DNA of 64,000 bases from Octopus sinensis. Lineage: Eukaryota. The DNA lies in the NCBI RefSeq assembly GCF_006345805.1, contig NC_043023.1:9982001-10046000 (forward strand). Reading direction: 5' to 3'. Below the pieces are notes generated by a model, which saw only the letters and a list, made by a program, of their open reading frames with translations, made no database searches and was not told the DNA's origin. Numbering within the stretch: position 1 is the first letter of the stretch; the number at the start of each line of letters is the position of its first letter. Made by a program: the position numbers and the translations under genes. Shown here one piece after another: positions 52,659 to 64,000 of the stretch.

Positions 52659-52703
52659 TGTCCGGAAATCTTTCATCACACATCTGTGACCTCTTCGGTG
52701 ACA
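52659..52703 (-). ncRNA. Degenerate hammerhead-like motif homologous to 22395-22439
   Basis: Minus: TGTCA CCGAAGA G GTCACA-GATG-TGTGAT GAA A-GATT-T C CGGACA. Confidence 0.5.
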
Positions 52704-52799
52704 CTTTCTGTCCTCGTGTGTGCTCCTGCTCTGCGTAATCTATTCTCTCTGAGAATCCTGAAATATAAGAATGTCTATTTCAACACAAGGTTTCACATC

Positions 52800-53180
52800 A
52801 GGAATCTTGCAACACGATTCAAACTCCACCTGTCTAACACCCGTGGACATATTTACAAAGTCAGAAAACAGCACAGCTCCCATGACTTTCGGAAACATTT
52901 TTTCACGCTGAGAGTTGCTGAAGCATGGAACAAACTGCCGGCATCAGTTGTTAGTTGTTGGAGTACTGCATCCTTCAAAACTTCCATGCTTTCTGGGATT
53001 CGCCAACACAACACCTGATTTTCTCCTCTCCATACACACACAAGCATGTATCTGACTCATACATTGTTCGCTTTCCAGACATTTTTACATTACTGCATGT
53101 ACTTTATATGCACTTAGTGACAAGTTGTGGTGCACCTGAGCACTGTATACAATAATTTCATTATTATTATTATTATTATA
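52800..53180 (+). mobile_element. CR1-type LINE 3' end with (ATT)n tail
   Basis: HLSNTRGHIYKVRKQHSSHDFRKHFFTLRVAEAWNKLP within ORF 52578-53018; tail AATAATTTCATTATTATT. Confidence 0.88.
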
Positions 53181-53294
53181 AATGTGTATATACATATATA
53201 TATTTATAATAAGTTAGGTACAAAAAATTCAGGGTGAATACTTGATAACTGTAAGCACCTGTATATGCCAGCTAGTGGTGTAGGTGATAGGATA

Positions 53295-53670
53295 AATTTA
53301 TCAACAGAAAAACAGGATGCAAAGGATTTTGCGGTACATATGTTTCTGGCTTTATTGGACAATTTATTTCAATGCATAATTGATATAACATGTAGGTCAA
53401 CATCCTTCTTCTGCCGCGTTCAATTACCACACCAAAACATGTATTACATTATAGCAGGTTAACAATTACCACACCAAAGACATGTATTACATTATAGCAG
53501 GTTAACCTGCTATAATGTAATACATGTTTTGGTGTGGTAATTGTACGCGGCTGAAGAAGGCTGTTGACCTACATGTTATATCAATTATGCATTGATATAA
53601 ATTGTTCAATAAAGCCAGAAACATATGTACCGCAAAATCCTTTGCATCCTGTTTTTCTTTTGATATATTT
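53295..53670. mobile_element. Tail-to-tail Penelope-like pseudo-LTR palindrome
   Basis: Inverted arms with a ~42-bp internal duplication at 53421-53505. Each arm carries a hammerhead fold. Confidence 0.7.
53547..53633 (+). ncRNA. Type-I hammerhead ribozyme with intact catalytic core and extended stem II
   Basis: GCGG CTGAAGA A GGCT...[TTATATCAAT-TATGC-ATTGATATAA]...AGCC A GAA ACATATGT A CCGC: stem I GCGG/CCGC, palindromic stem III, GUA site at 53627-53629. Confidence 0.75.
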
Positions 53671-54052
53671 ACAAAAATGTAAGTGGCATAATGAGTGGGT
53701 ATATATTTATAAAAAAAGAAGTTTGAAAACGCCACTATGTAAGATAAATTTTAATTTTCTTAGAGATTTTACATGTTTCAGTTCTTCTTGAAAAAACGAA
53801 CCTTATCAAAAATATTTTTAAAAGTCAGGTATAATAAAAATGTTCATAATTGTTTCTTACTGATCTCAACAGAGTCCACGTGGTGGTGTTTTGTTGGGGG
53901 GGGGGAGCATAATGGTTGTCTCGTGCGTTGACTAGATTTGTTGGCTGTAATTGTGGAAATGACCAGCAGCCGAAATAGCAGTAGTAGCAGTGACTGTCAG
54001 TCATAGTAGTAGTGACCAAACTTCTTTTTATAAATACATACATATATATATA

Positions 54053-54632
54053 CTCTTTTACTTGTTTCAGTCATTTGACTGCAGCCATGCTGGAGCACCG
54101 CCTTTAATCGAGCAACTCGACCCCAGGACTTATTCTTTTGTAAGCCCAGTACTTATTCTATCGGTCTCTTTTGCCGAACCGCTAAGTAACGGGGACATAA
54201 ACACACCAGCATCAGTTGTCAAGCAATGCTAGGGGGACAAACACAGACACACACATATATATACATATATACGACAGGCTTCTTTCAGTTTCCGTCTACC
54301 AAATCCACTCACAAGGCTTTGGTCGACCCGAGGCTATAGTAGAAGACACTTGCCCAAGGTGCCACGCTGTGGGACTGAACCTGGGATCATGTGGTTGATA
54401 AACAAGCTACTTACCACACAGCCACTCCTACGCCTATATATATATATATATATATATAGATATATATATATATAATATATATATACTTCTTTCAGTTTCC
54501 ATTTACCAAATCCACTCACAAGGCTTTGGTCGACCGAGGCTATAGTAGAAGACACTTGCCCAAGGTGCCACGCAGTGGGACTGAACCCGGAACCATGTGG
54601 TTGGTAAACAAGCTACTTACCACATAGCCACT
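54053..54632 (-). mobile_element. SINE family 2 with duplicated head
   Basis: Family match; second head at 54485-54632. Confidence 0.88.
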
Positions 54633-54829
54633 CGTGTATGTATATATTTGTATGTATTATATACATGTCTAGATGTCTAGTTTTGTAATTTTCTTATTTT
54701 ATAAACACCAGTATAGGAACAAGGCTCATACAGCCATAAGCTGCAAATTTCTGTCTCACCATAGCGCAAGCACAACCAGCAACAGAACATATGAGAAGGG
54801 GTAACAACACAATTGATTCCATCACTTCA

Positions 54830-55295
54830 GGGTCAAAGAGTCCAGAAGCTGGCTACCCGCATGGTTCTTGGTCTCAAGCATTTGTCTTATGAAGAAAGGC
54901 TGAAGACGCTCGACCTTTATTCTCTCGAAAAACGACGACACCGTGGTGATCTCATTCTTGCTCACAACATCATAAGCGGAAAGTGTAACCTCTCGAAAGA
55001 GCTGTTCTTCACTCCTGCTTCAGAGCGTCGGCTGCGGGTCACTCCGAAAAGCTCTATCTGCGACGATTTCATCTCAATCGAAGGAGAGGGGCTTTCTCCA
55101 TCCGGGTTGCGGATCCGTGGAATAAGCTGCCGGACAAGATAGTGAAGATGCCAACGACTGCTCGGTTCAAAGTCTCTCTTGACCACAAATGGCCTGGACT
55201 CTTTGCATGAACACCCTCCCTGTACATAACTCCATGTCCCCCTACACGGCCTTGCTTTTTGCTTTTTGAGCCAAAAAATTAACTTAACTTAACTA
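54830..55295 (+). mobile_element. Second CR1-type LINE 3' fragment with (TTAAC)n tail
   Basis: QRVQKLATRMV.GLKHLSYEERLK.LDLYSLEKRRHRGDLI; after a frameshift, ...VADPWNKLP... Confidence 0.88.
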
Positions 55296-55309
55296 TATTT
55301 TTTCTTTAT

Positions 55310-55505
55310 TTCTTTTTGTATTGGGTTTGAACCCTTTGCCTAAAGGAAATTTTGAGACGGGTAGTCGCCCATACAATAACAAATGCTGCACGTTCAATAT
55401 TTGACCAGTTAGATTCTGCAGGTGTTAATTTTCTTGACACAACACGACCATTTTGTGAAAGTATTGTTGCAACACAGTTCATTGAGGTATCTATTGTCAG
55501 CTCAG
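55310..55505 (-). pseudogene. Ty3/Gypsy RNase H fragment
   Basis: TIDTSMNCVATILSQNGRVVSRKLTPAESNWSNIERAAFVIVWATTRL resembles the DAS...SRKL..AE.NYS..ERE.LA.VW motif. Confidence 0.75.
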
Positions 55506-56466
55506 TAGGTAACTGAGTGTGGAGGCGCAATGGCCCAGTGGTAAGGGCAGGGGACTCGCGGTCTTAGGATCGCAGTTTCGATACCCAAACCGAGCATTGT
55601 GAGTGTTTATTGAGCGAAAACACCTAAAGCTCCAGCAGGGGCTGGTAGTGAACCCTGCTGTACTCTTTCATCGCAACTTTCTCTCTTTCTTACTTCCTGT
55701 TTCTGTTGTACCTGTATTTCTGAAGGGCCAGCCTTGTCACACTCTATGTCACGCTGAATCTCCTCGAGAACTACATTAAGGGTACATGTGTCTGTGGAGT
55801 GCTCAGCCACTTGTACCTTAATTTCACTAGCAGGCTGTTCCATTGATCGGATCAACTGGAACCCTCGTCGTCGTAACCAACGGAGCGCCATCAGGAAACT
55901 GAGGATCAAATGGCTGCAACACTGGTTCTTTGCATAGCTTATCTCTATAATGCTGAAGTTGTCTGCGTGCGTGTGGCAGGTTTGGTAGCTTTCAACTAAC
56001 ACTATCTCCTCCAAGACTCTGCAGCGCACGTTGACCAAAATTGAGAGTATGATAGAAGGTTTGCTCTTCCTTCCGTAGAAGAAAAAATTCAAATCAGACC
56101 ATGTTAACACCAAAAATTATTTACATCAAAAAGTTGCTTTTTTTCTATGGAAATCCCTATTTTTTACGATTTTTTGACTGCTATGTCACCATTTTTCTGT
56201 GTATTTCAACCAGAAAAATGTTCACTTAAAGAGAATAACAAGCTACATAATGCAAAATTTTTACTTTTCAAAAATTCCAATTCTAAAGGGTCCAAACAAA
56301 CCCGATGATCTAGCTGTATCTGAGACCGTGGGGAGCTTGTCCTCCTTGTCAACTCGTTAAGATAGTGCTTTTGTTGGCTATTGAGTTGTTTTGACTCCTA
56401 TTTCTAGCAATACTGGTACTGATTAGTGCCTTATACATATACATATATATATATATATATATATAC

Positions 56467-56510
<44 letters not shown>

Positions 56511-56755
56511 TACATATATATATCACACATAATATACATTGTGCAAGGGATGTTATTATTGAACTAAGAAAGACAACTCTTGTTATGCCCTTCGCGTTGC
56601 GTTGAATTAATTATCTCGATAATTAAAGTCTGCATTGCTAATTAGACTGCTCTTGCTTTAAAATATAATATAATGTAATGTAAATTATTCAGCAATTTCG
56701 TCAAAGTAGTTATTTGATAATAGACGTCTGGAGATTAATGGTTTTACAAGATGCC

Positions 56756-56777
56756 ATTGGAAGCGGAAGTGACGTCA
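56756..56777 (+). promoter_or_regulatory. Candidate core promoter: ATTGG (CCAAT reverse) + tandem ETS + overlapping CRE
   Basis: ATTGGAAGCGGAAGTGACGTCA in a locally CpG-richer stretch, followed by a donor CGG|GTAAGT at 56950. Confidence 0.6.
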
Positions 56778-58127
56778 GAGGATAATGAAAGTCTGTGGAT
56801 CAAGAAATTGTCTTTTTGGCCGTTGGAGACGCGAGTTCGATCCTCCTCCCCGGCGGCCACCGTAACCTGAGTTTCTCTGCTTGTTTGAGTTGAGAACTGC
56901 TGCTATACCCTTTCTTCGTCTCCTTTGTGATCGCTCCAACACAACCCGGGTAAGTCTGATATTTACGTTAAAACAACGGCTAATTTCCTATTTGACGTTG
57001 TTTTTGGTTTCACTTTCATTTCGTTTCGATCAGCTTCTCTCGTAGACACCCTTCTACTTCTTTCATTCTGAGTCTCAACGAAATACCTACAGATCAGCAG
57101 ATAATCGATGAAAGCCATTCAATCACGACGATAGTTCGATCTTTCTCAGTTTCGGCGCCGTGGATTGTTGAAGAATTCTCAAATGTGCCCAGGGCGAAAC
57201 TCAATTCAAAATAAGTCGAACATTTCCCCTCACTTCTTCTTACTCGCTGTTCGTATTGTGTTCCACTTATAATTATGAAACGTTTTAATGAAATATACTT
57301 CTTGGATCGATATGATTTTACGAACGTCAAATAAGAAATTACCAAACAACGACCTCATCACATATAAAACAGAAGTGACCACATACAAACGATGTGCTGG
57401 ACTCACAGAATATCGGCAAAATTCCTCAGTTATGATGTTTTCTTGTTTATAAAATATAATATAAAACGGTCATTCAGTCAATTTAATTAGTTTGCTTTGT
57501 AATCGCCCCTTGTTTAGCCCCTTGTGGGTAGTAAAGAAATGGGTATATGTCCCGTAAGTAGCTTTGTTTACATTTCTGAAGATAACAGAAACCCTTTTCT
57601 CCTAACCCTAACCCCCCATATATATACATAAAAAAAAACAACACTTTCTTGAAATGTATCCGGTACTTCCGTGTCGTATACCGAAGATACGCCACATGCT
57701 GGACTTCGTATTCCCAAGATCCTTCAAACATTCCTCATGTACATCGCACCTATTACTCCCTTTCATCATCAGAGATGCCCATATTGTCAGCCACTAACAA
57801 TATTTCTGCTTCAGCAGCTCAGCAATGAATCTGGGGTCAAGGGTCAAGATAGAGGGGGCGAGGCTTCTATGATAAAATGTGTTGGATGGAGGGTAGGAGA
57901 GAAACTATGATGACTAAAAATTGTGAAGGGTACAGGGGTGAATGCAGTGCATGGAATGAAAGTAGGGAGGAAGAGCAGAAAAGATGATGACTAGATGTTT
58001 TACAGCTACTTTCCATACATCCCTCATGTCTTACAATGTTTTGTTTTTTCTTCTCTAATTTCAGGTTATTGGTAACATTGGCACCGAAGAATGTTTTTTA
58101 CATCACCAATATTTAATCATCTTTTAA

Positions 58128-58346
58128 CCCTTTAGCGTTCAGATTATTCTATCAAACATAATACCTATTGATTCCCATTGATTTGAATTAATCGTGCATT
58201 ATCTCATATCTTCAAGATCTTGATGGTGTAATTACTTAATGTAGAATAGCATTGTAGGGTAGGTGTGAGAGCCTGGATCTGGTCAGTTTGAACATAAAAC
58301 AGATTAACTATTTTGGCCGGATATGGTCGGTTTAAATACTAAAGGG
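58128..58346. mobile_element. piggyBac-type MITE
   Basis: TTAA|CCCTTTAG ... CTAAAGGG|TTAA. Confidence 0.85.
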
Positions 58347-58371
58347 TTAAAGACTAAAAGAATATATACAC

Positions 58372-58938
58372 CAGTGGTTTTCAACCCTTTTAAAAAAATT
58401 TTTTTTATGGGTGCCTTTGATGACTATTCTTTTCTGGTGAACCAATATAGCCTTTTGATGTTTAGAAACCACTTTTGTAGTTCCTTCCTTCAAAATCCCT
58501 ATTTTGTTCCTCACCCATTAACTTGTGGAGGTTGAACCATGTAAAACGTTAGAGAAAGAAACTTAACTGTTTCTTGCCATAAATACATTTAAGAAATTTT
58601 TTTTTTTTCATGAATCCTTAAAATACTACCATAGATCCCCAATTTACTGTTTTGCTTGTGTAGGCCCCCTTTGATTTCTATTCTATTCTGGTGGACCCCT
58701 ATAGCCATTTATTGTTTAAAAACTTGTTTTCTAGAAAACTTCTTTCAAAATTCCTGTTTTGTTTCCCACACACGAACTTGTGTAGATTGAACTCTGTAAA
58801 ACTTTTTTTCTTACAATAAATACATCTGAAGAAATATTTTTTCACGGACCCTTAAGTTACCACTGTGGATCCCTAATTTACTATATTGCTTGCGTGGATC
58901 CCTAAAAGTCTTACAAGAACCCCTGTTGAGAACCACCA
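58372..58938. mobile_element. Degenerate hAT-like non-autonomous element
   Basis: CAGTGGTTTTCAACC ... TGTTGAGAACCAC; TSD not recognisable. Confidence 0.5.
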
Positions 58939-59365
58939 ATATACACAGAACATATATAACACTGTTTTGAGATTATTAGCAACGTTTCTCTACTTCACTG
59001 CTTGGAAAGATCACAAGATGATTTTTTTGCCTTCTCAATAAATTTGCATTATAAAGGAGTTTGCCAAATGTTCAGATAGAATATCATCATCATCATCATC
59101 ATCGTTTAACGTCCGCTTTCCGTGCTAGCATGGGTTGGACGATTTGACTGAGGGCTGGTGAACCAGATAGCTGCACCAGGCTTCAATCTTGATCTGGCAG
59201 AGTTTCTACAGCTGGATGCCCTTCCTAACGCCAACCACTGTGAGAGTGTAGTGGGTGCTTTTGTGATGAAGGTATAGTAACAGAAATATATTTATTCATT
59301 GGCTGTCAACTATAAAATAAGGAGAGAAATAAGCATTTGTAAATTGTGGTCAAGAAATAATAGTT

Positions 59366-60214
59366 ATGGAAAATGAATTGTGTGAGAAGAAAGGTGAATT
59401 TGATACACAATCTAAAAAGATCGACTCTCCTGGTGGTATAAGGAAAGGAAGAAGTCAAATATACCAGTGTGATATCTGTGAGAAGATATTTTCTCAAAAG
59501 TGTAACCTCACGATACACAGACGTACTCATACAGGAGACAAACCATATCACTGTGAGATGTGTGGTAACTCGTTCTCTCACAAGGGTAACTTAACATCTC
59601 ACAAACGTATTCATACTGGAGAAAAGCCATATCAGTGTGATATCTGTGGTAAATCCTTCTCTCAAAAAGGTCACCTAATCACTCACCAGCTCATTCATAC
59701 AGACGAAAAACCATATCACTGTGATATCTGTGGTAAATCATATTCTCGTGAAATTACCTTAATAAGACACAACCGTATTCACACAGGAGAGAAACCATAT
59801 CATTGTGATGTCTGTGGTAAATCATTCTCACAAAAAGGCCACCTACTTACTCACCAACGGATTCACACAGAAGGAAAACCATTTCACTGTGACATCTGTG
59901 GTAAATCATTCTCTCGTGAAATTAACTTGACTCGGCACAAACGTATTCATACAGGTGAGAGGCCATTTCAGTGTGATGTCTGTGGTAAATCCTTCTCTGA
60001 ATGTGGTGTGTTAACTTTACATGTACGTAGTCATACGGGAGAGAAACCATATCGCTGTGATACCTGTGGAAAGTCATTCTCTGGAGCAAGTACCTTAACA
60101 AAACACAAACTCACTCACACAGGAGAGAAACCGTTTCTCTGTTACACCTGTGGTAAATCCTTCTCTCAAAAGATTCCCTTAACAACACATGAAGGTGTTC
60201 ATTCAGAAAAGTAA
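59366..60214 (+). CDS. C2H2 zinc-finger protein, 282 aa, 9 fingers
   Basis: MENELCE leader; intact fingers and linkers. Confidence 0.95.
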   Translation: MENELCEKKGEFDTQSKKIDSPGGIRKGRSQIYQCDICEKIFSQKCNLTIHRRTHTGDKPYHCEMCGNSFSHKGNLTSHKRIHTGEKPYQCDICGKSFSQKGHLITHQLIHTDEKPYHCDICGKSYSREITLIRHNRIHTGEKPYHCDVCGKSFSQKGHLLTHQRIHTEGKPFHCDICGKSFSREINLTRHKRIHTGERPFQCDVCGKSFSECGVLTLHVRSHTGEKPYRCDTCGKSFSGASTLTKHKLTHTGEKPFLCYTCGKSFSQKIPLTTHEGVHSEK

Positions 60215-60279
60215 CTGTATCAATGTTAAGAATAAATTCGTATTAAATAAAGTCTTCCATGTTTGTCATTCAAACTCTC

Positions 60280-60656
60280 TCTTTCTCTCTTTTACTTGTT
60301 TCAGTCATTTGACTGCGGCCATGCTGGAGCACCGCCTTTGGTCGAGCAACTCGACCCCGGGACTTATTCTTATATAAGCCCAGTACTTATTCTATCGGTC
60401 TCTTTTGCCGAACCGCTAAGTGACGGGGACGTAAACACACCAGCATCGATTGTCAAGCAATGCTAAGGGGACAAACACATACATATATATATACACATAT
60501 AAACGACAGGCTTCTTTCAGTTTCCGTCTACCAAATCCACTCACAAGGCATTGGCGGCCCGGGGCTATAGCAGAAGACACTTGCCCAAGATGCCACACAG
60601 TGGGACTGAACCCGGAGCCATGTGGTTGGTTAGCAAGCTACTTACCACACAGCCAC
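60280..60656 (-). mobile_element. SINE family 2 in the ZNF 3' flank
   Basis: Family match, ~70 bp after the stop. Confidence 0.88.
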
Positions 60657-61013
60657 TTATATTCCATTTTTGCTGGTGTTTACAATGTACTTAATTTTAT
60701 GATAAAATGTATTAAAACCTTTTCCTGTGCCTAATGCTGCCATATTAAGGATAAGTGGCAGAGTGTGGTTGGTGGAGGAGCTGGATGAATGTCTGTCTGT
60801 TTGTCACAGTAATCAGTACTAAAAATAAAATATTGGTTTCAAATTTGGCACAAGGCCAACAATTTCGACCCCAGTACTTAATTGGTACATATTTTATTGA
60901 CCCCAAAACGATGAAAGGAAAAGTCAACCTCAACAGAATTTGAACTCAGAACATAAAGGACGGAGAGATGGACAAAGTGCTGCTAAGTATTTAGCCTAGC
61001 GTGCTAACAATTG

Positions 61014-61312
61014 AGAAGTTCTTAAGCAGATCAGGCTGAAAATGTCGCTAGAAGCTAGGATCACCAAGCATAGATTGGCATATTTCGGTCATATTATGCG
61101 GAGAAAATCCCTGGAGAAGGACATCATGCTCAGAATGGTCAGTGGCAAGAGAGGAAGAGGCCGACCAAGAACCCGCTGGCTTGACACCATCAAGAGTGAT
61201 ACCGGAATGGACATGGCCAATCTGAAGGAAGCGGCCCAGGATAGAACTGACTGGAGGACACTGATCCAACGAGTGACCGAGAGTCGACTTCGACTGAGCG
61301 GATAGAGAGATA
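61014..61312 (+). mobile_element. 5'-truncated RTE (BovB-like) LINE with 11-bp TSD
   Basis: RLAYFGHIMRR...GKRGRGRPRTRWLD.IK...QDRTDWR; GCTAACAATTG at 61003-61013 and 61313-61323. Confidence 0.92.
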
Positions 61313-62083
61313 GCTAACAATTGGTTTCAATTTTGAGCACAAGGCCAGCAATTTTGGGGGAGAGAGTAAGTCAATTACATCAACCCCAGTGTTTAACAGG
61401 TACTTATTTTATCGACCCCAAAAGTCACCCCTGACTGCATTTGAACTCAGAATGTAAAGACATGAAATACCACCAAGCATTTTGCCCAGCACACTAACAA
61501 TTCTGCCACCTCAACATATTTTAACTTCTAAAAGAAAACATTTCAATTACAGAGGGGAAGAAATTCTCTCTCACGGTAAAAAGTGTGAAAACACTGTTTC
61601 TGCCCAATGCTTCCCTCAAGTGGATACCCACGGTGGAATTTGAACTCAGAATGTAGCGGCAGATGAAATACGGCTACGCATTCTGTCCAGCGTGCTAACG
61701 TTTCTGCCAGCTCGCCACCTTGTGTTGACCCATACCGTTTAGGTAAAATGCAGTATGGAAACTTTATCGAAGTTTGTCAGGTGGAGTGCACCTGTAATTT
61801 AAAAGATACAACTTCGTTGCACTGATTCCGGAACAGAATTACCTTAACAGTACACATGTCTGTGGAATACTCAGCCAATTTGCACGTTAATTCATGGGCA
61901 ATTAAATCATTTGACCAAAAAAACTAAATCCTCGCTGTCAGACGGTGGAGATCCACCAGCATTATAAGCGTATAAACCGATCAAAACCTTTTTTTTTTCC
62001 ACCAAAATTAGGCTCATGTACTTGCTTATCTCCCTTTACTCGCATACTTATCGTCTTTCACTGAGTAATATAGCAACACAAAA

Positions 62084-62305
62084 GGCGGCGAGCTGGCAGA
62101 AACGTTAGCACGCCGGGCGAAATGCGTAGCCGTATTTCGTCTGCCGTTACGTTCTGAGTTCAAATTCCGCCGAGGTCGACTTTGCTTTTCATCCTTTCGG
62201 GGTCGATAAATTAAGTACCAATTACGCACTGGAGTCGATATAATCGACTTAATCCCTTTGTTTGTCCCCTCTATGTTTAGCCCCTTGTGGGTAGTAAAGA
62301 AATAG
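62084..62305 (+). mobile_element. SINE family 1 monomer (reference copy)
   Basis: GGCGGCGAGCTGGCAGAAACGTTAGC (A box), GAGTTCAAATTCC (B box), central GTCGACTTTGC.TTTCATCCTTTCGGGGTCGATAAA..AAGTACC domain. Confidence 0.92.
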
Positions 62306-63273
62306 AAATAGGTATTTGGTCAGTTTTTCTCCTTGATATAATTGTCTCTTCAGTTATCTGCTAGGAGCAAAGTTGTTATTAATAAACCTAATAATGGTGA
62401 TTAGGGTAGATTAGTATCTACCATCGACTTATGTTTTTGGCTGGATCTTTATTTAATTGATTCCGAAGCAATGAAAGATAAAATTGACATCGACGGAATT
62501 TGAGGTCAGAACGAAAGAAGCACTGCTTGGTCTAAATAATTACTATTAATTTTGGTACACGACTACAATTTCGTTTCGGTATAGTATTTCCCTTTTTATA
62601 AGTTTTCGTCAGGGATACCTGTAGTAGTAGATATTCTTTGACCTTTTCTCCGAAATTAGTGACTTTTCTGGGTGAATTTCTACATTTGTATCAAAGCTGC
62701 AGAGGAAAGGATTATACGGAAGATAAGAAGTCAGATTAGATTGTGAGTAAAGCAATAATTTCATCTCATTTTTATATTTTAGTTCGTTTTCTCATTCTAC
62801 AAACCTCCCACAAGAACTGTAACGATGATCCAGTCTGAAATCTTAAGATATTCAAGTTTTGTTTACATTTTACCCATCATAAATACTATACTAAATCTGC
62901 TAAAATTATGAAAATTAAGTTATCACTCTGTATTGTAATTAACAATACCTTCAGACAATAACTGGTCGGAGGTAAAGAATACGTACACCACTCGTTTTTG
63001 GCGTAACAAAAACCCTAACCATCGGGTGTATGTATTTTTTACTTTCGCCCAATAAATCTTCCTTTTGTTGCCGTAAGTAACAACGACTATTGCAAAAGTT
63101 GCAAGATGCAACAAAAATTCTAGAAAAAAATGAATACCTAAATGAGTGGAAATCGAACCAGTGTGTGTGTAAAATAATAAGGCATTAAAAGAGAATGACC
63201 CTCCCCAGACACGATAACAATATATAGTAATAACGATATATATATATATATATATAATATATATATATATATA

Positions 63274-63305
<32 letters not shown>

Positions 63306-63784
63306 ATATGTATATATATATATACATATATATATACATATATATATGTGTGTGTGTGTGGAAGCGCAATGGTCCAGTGGTTAGGGCAGCGGACTCACGG
63401 TTTCGATTCCCAGACCGGGCATTGTGAGTATTTATTGAGCGAAAACACCTAAAGCTCCACGATGCTCCAGCAGGGGGTAGTGGTGAACTCTGCTGTACTC
63501 ACCACAACTTTCTCTCACTCTTTCTTCCAGTTTCTGTTATACCTGTATATCCGCTAGGGACAAAGTTGTTATTAATAGGCCTTAATAATGGTGATGAGGG
63601 TATCAAACTAAAGAATTCTCACAAAATTTCTTGGCATTTTTTTCAGTGCAAAGTCCTGTTGAGACAAGTGAAATCAAAATCAAACCATCCCTGCCCCTCT
63701 ACGACCATGTCTATATAAAAATGTAGTAAAACTTTCACTGTTTTAATCTCTCTAATTCCTAATTATCTTGTATGTTTTACACTG

Positions 63785-64000
63785 TTGTTTCTCTTTCGTT
63801 TCAGATTATCAGATGACATCTGCTTCACAGGATTTTTACATAAGCAACGTCATTAGAATGGAAAGTCTTTTGAAGACTGAGCAAAGATGTTATACAAAAC
63901 ACGTATAACCCTGTTTCTATGAATATTTACTGAATTACTGCAAAATATATCTGGGGAACTCTGACATATATGTAGCAAAATTTCTCTTCTTTATTGTCTG
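63785..64000 (+). other. Splice acceptor and start of the 5' UTR exon of a probable sixth ZNF gene beyond the window
   Basis: TTTCTCTTTCGTTTCAG|ATTATCAGATGACAT matches TTTCAG|AATATCAGATGACAT at 29343 (-). Confidence 0.6.

Noticed and set aside
55607-56113. 168-aa minus-strand ORF
   Set aside because: It spans a SINE-3b and a Helitron-like element in antisense, with no protein motif.
62923-63369. 148-aa ORF and the many MLGGQTHTH/IYIY ORFs
   Set aside because: They arise from (TA)n/(CA)n tracts and SINE-2 bodies.

Overview
AT-rich eukaryotic DNA. The protein style (short acidic leader plus tandem CDICGKSF...H-x3-H fingers, no KRAB/SCAN/BTB/ZAD) and the SINE content point to a coleoid cephalopod, most likely Octopus (inference). 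The window is part of a tandem C2H2 zinc-finger gene cluster: five multi-finger genes (10572-11939 -, 20043-20684 +, 27750-29114 -, 46950-48140 +, 59366-60214 +) and the start of a probable sixth at 63805. All six share a homologous 5' exon/splice architecture. Most of the rest is mobile DNA: at least four SINE-like families, mariner, Tc1, hAT, piggyBac and Helitron-type non-autonomous elements, CR1, RTE and Gypsy fragments, an LTR remnant, and a foldback element that seeds a 147-bp satellite. Main observations: (1) several unrelated palindromic or microsatellite-flanked elements carry minimal type-I hammerhead ribozyme folds of the Penelope pseudo-LTR kind, and one tandem breakpoint lies at the predicted cleavage site; (2) one tRNA-derived SINE repeatedly forms 172-184 bp tandem arrays, two of them bounded by a single target-site duplication; (3) one ZNF has an in-frame UAG in an ADAR-preferred context, and another has frameshifts that look like consensus errors. 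No CRISPR array, rRNA or intact tRNA gene was found. Repeat coordinates are read by eye (about +/-10 bp).
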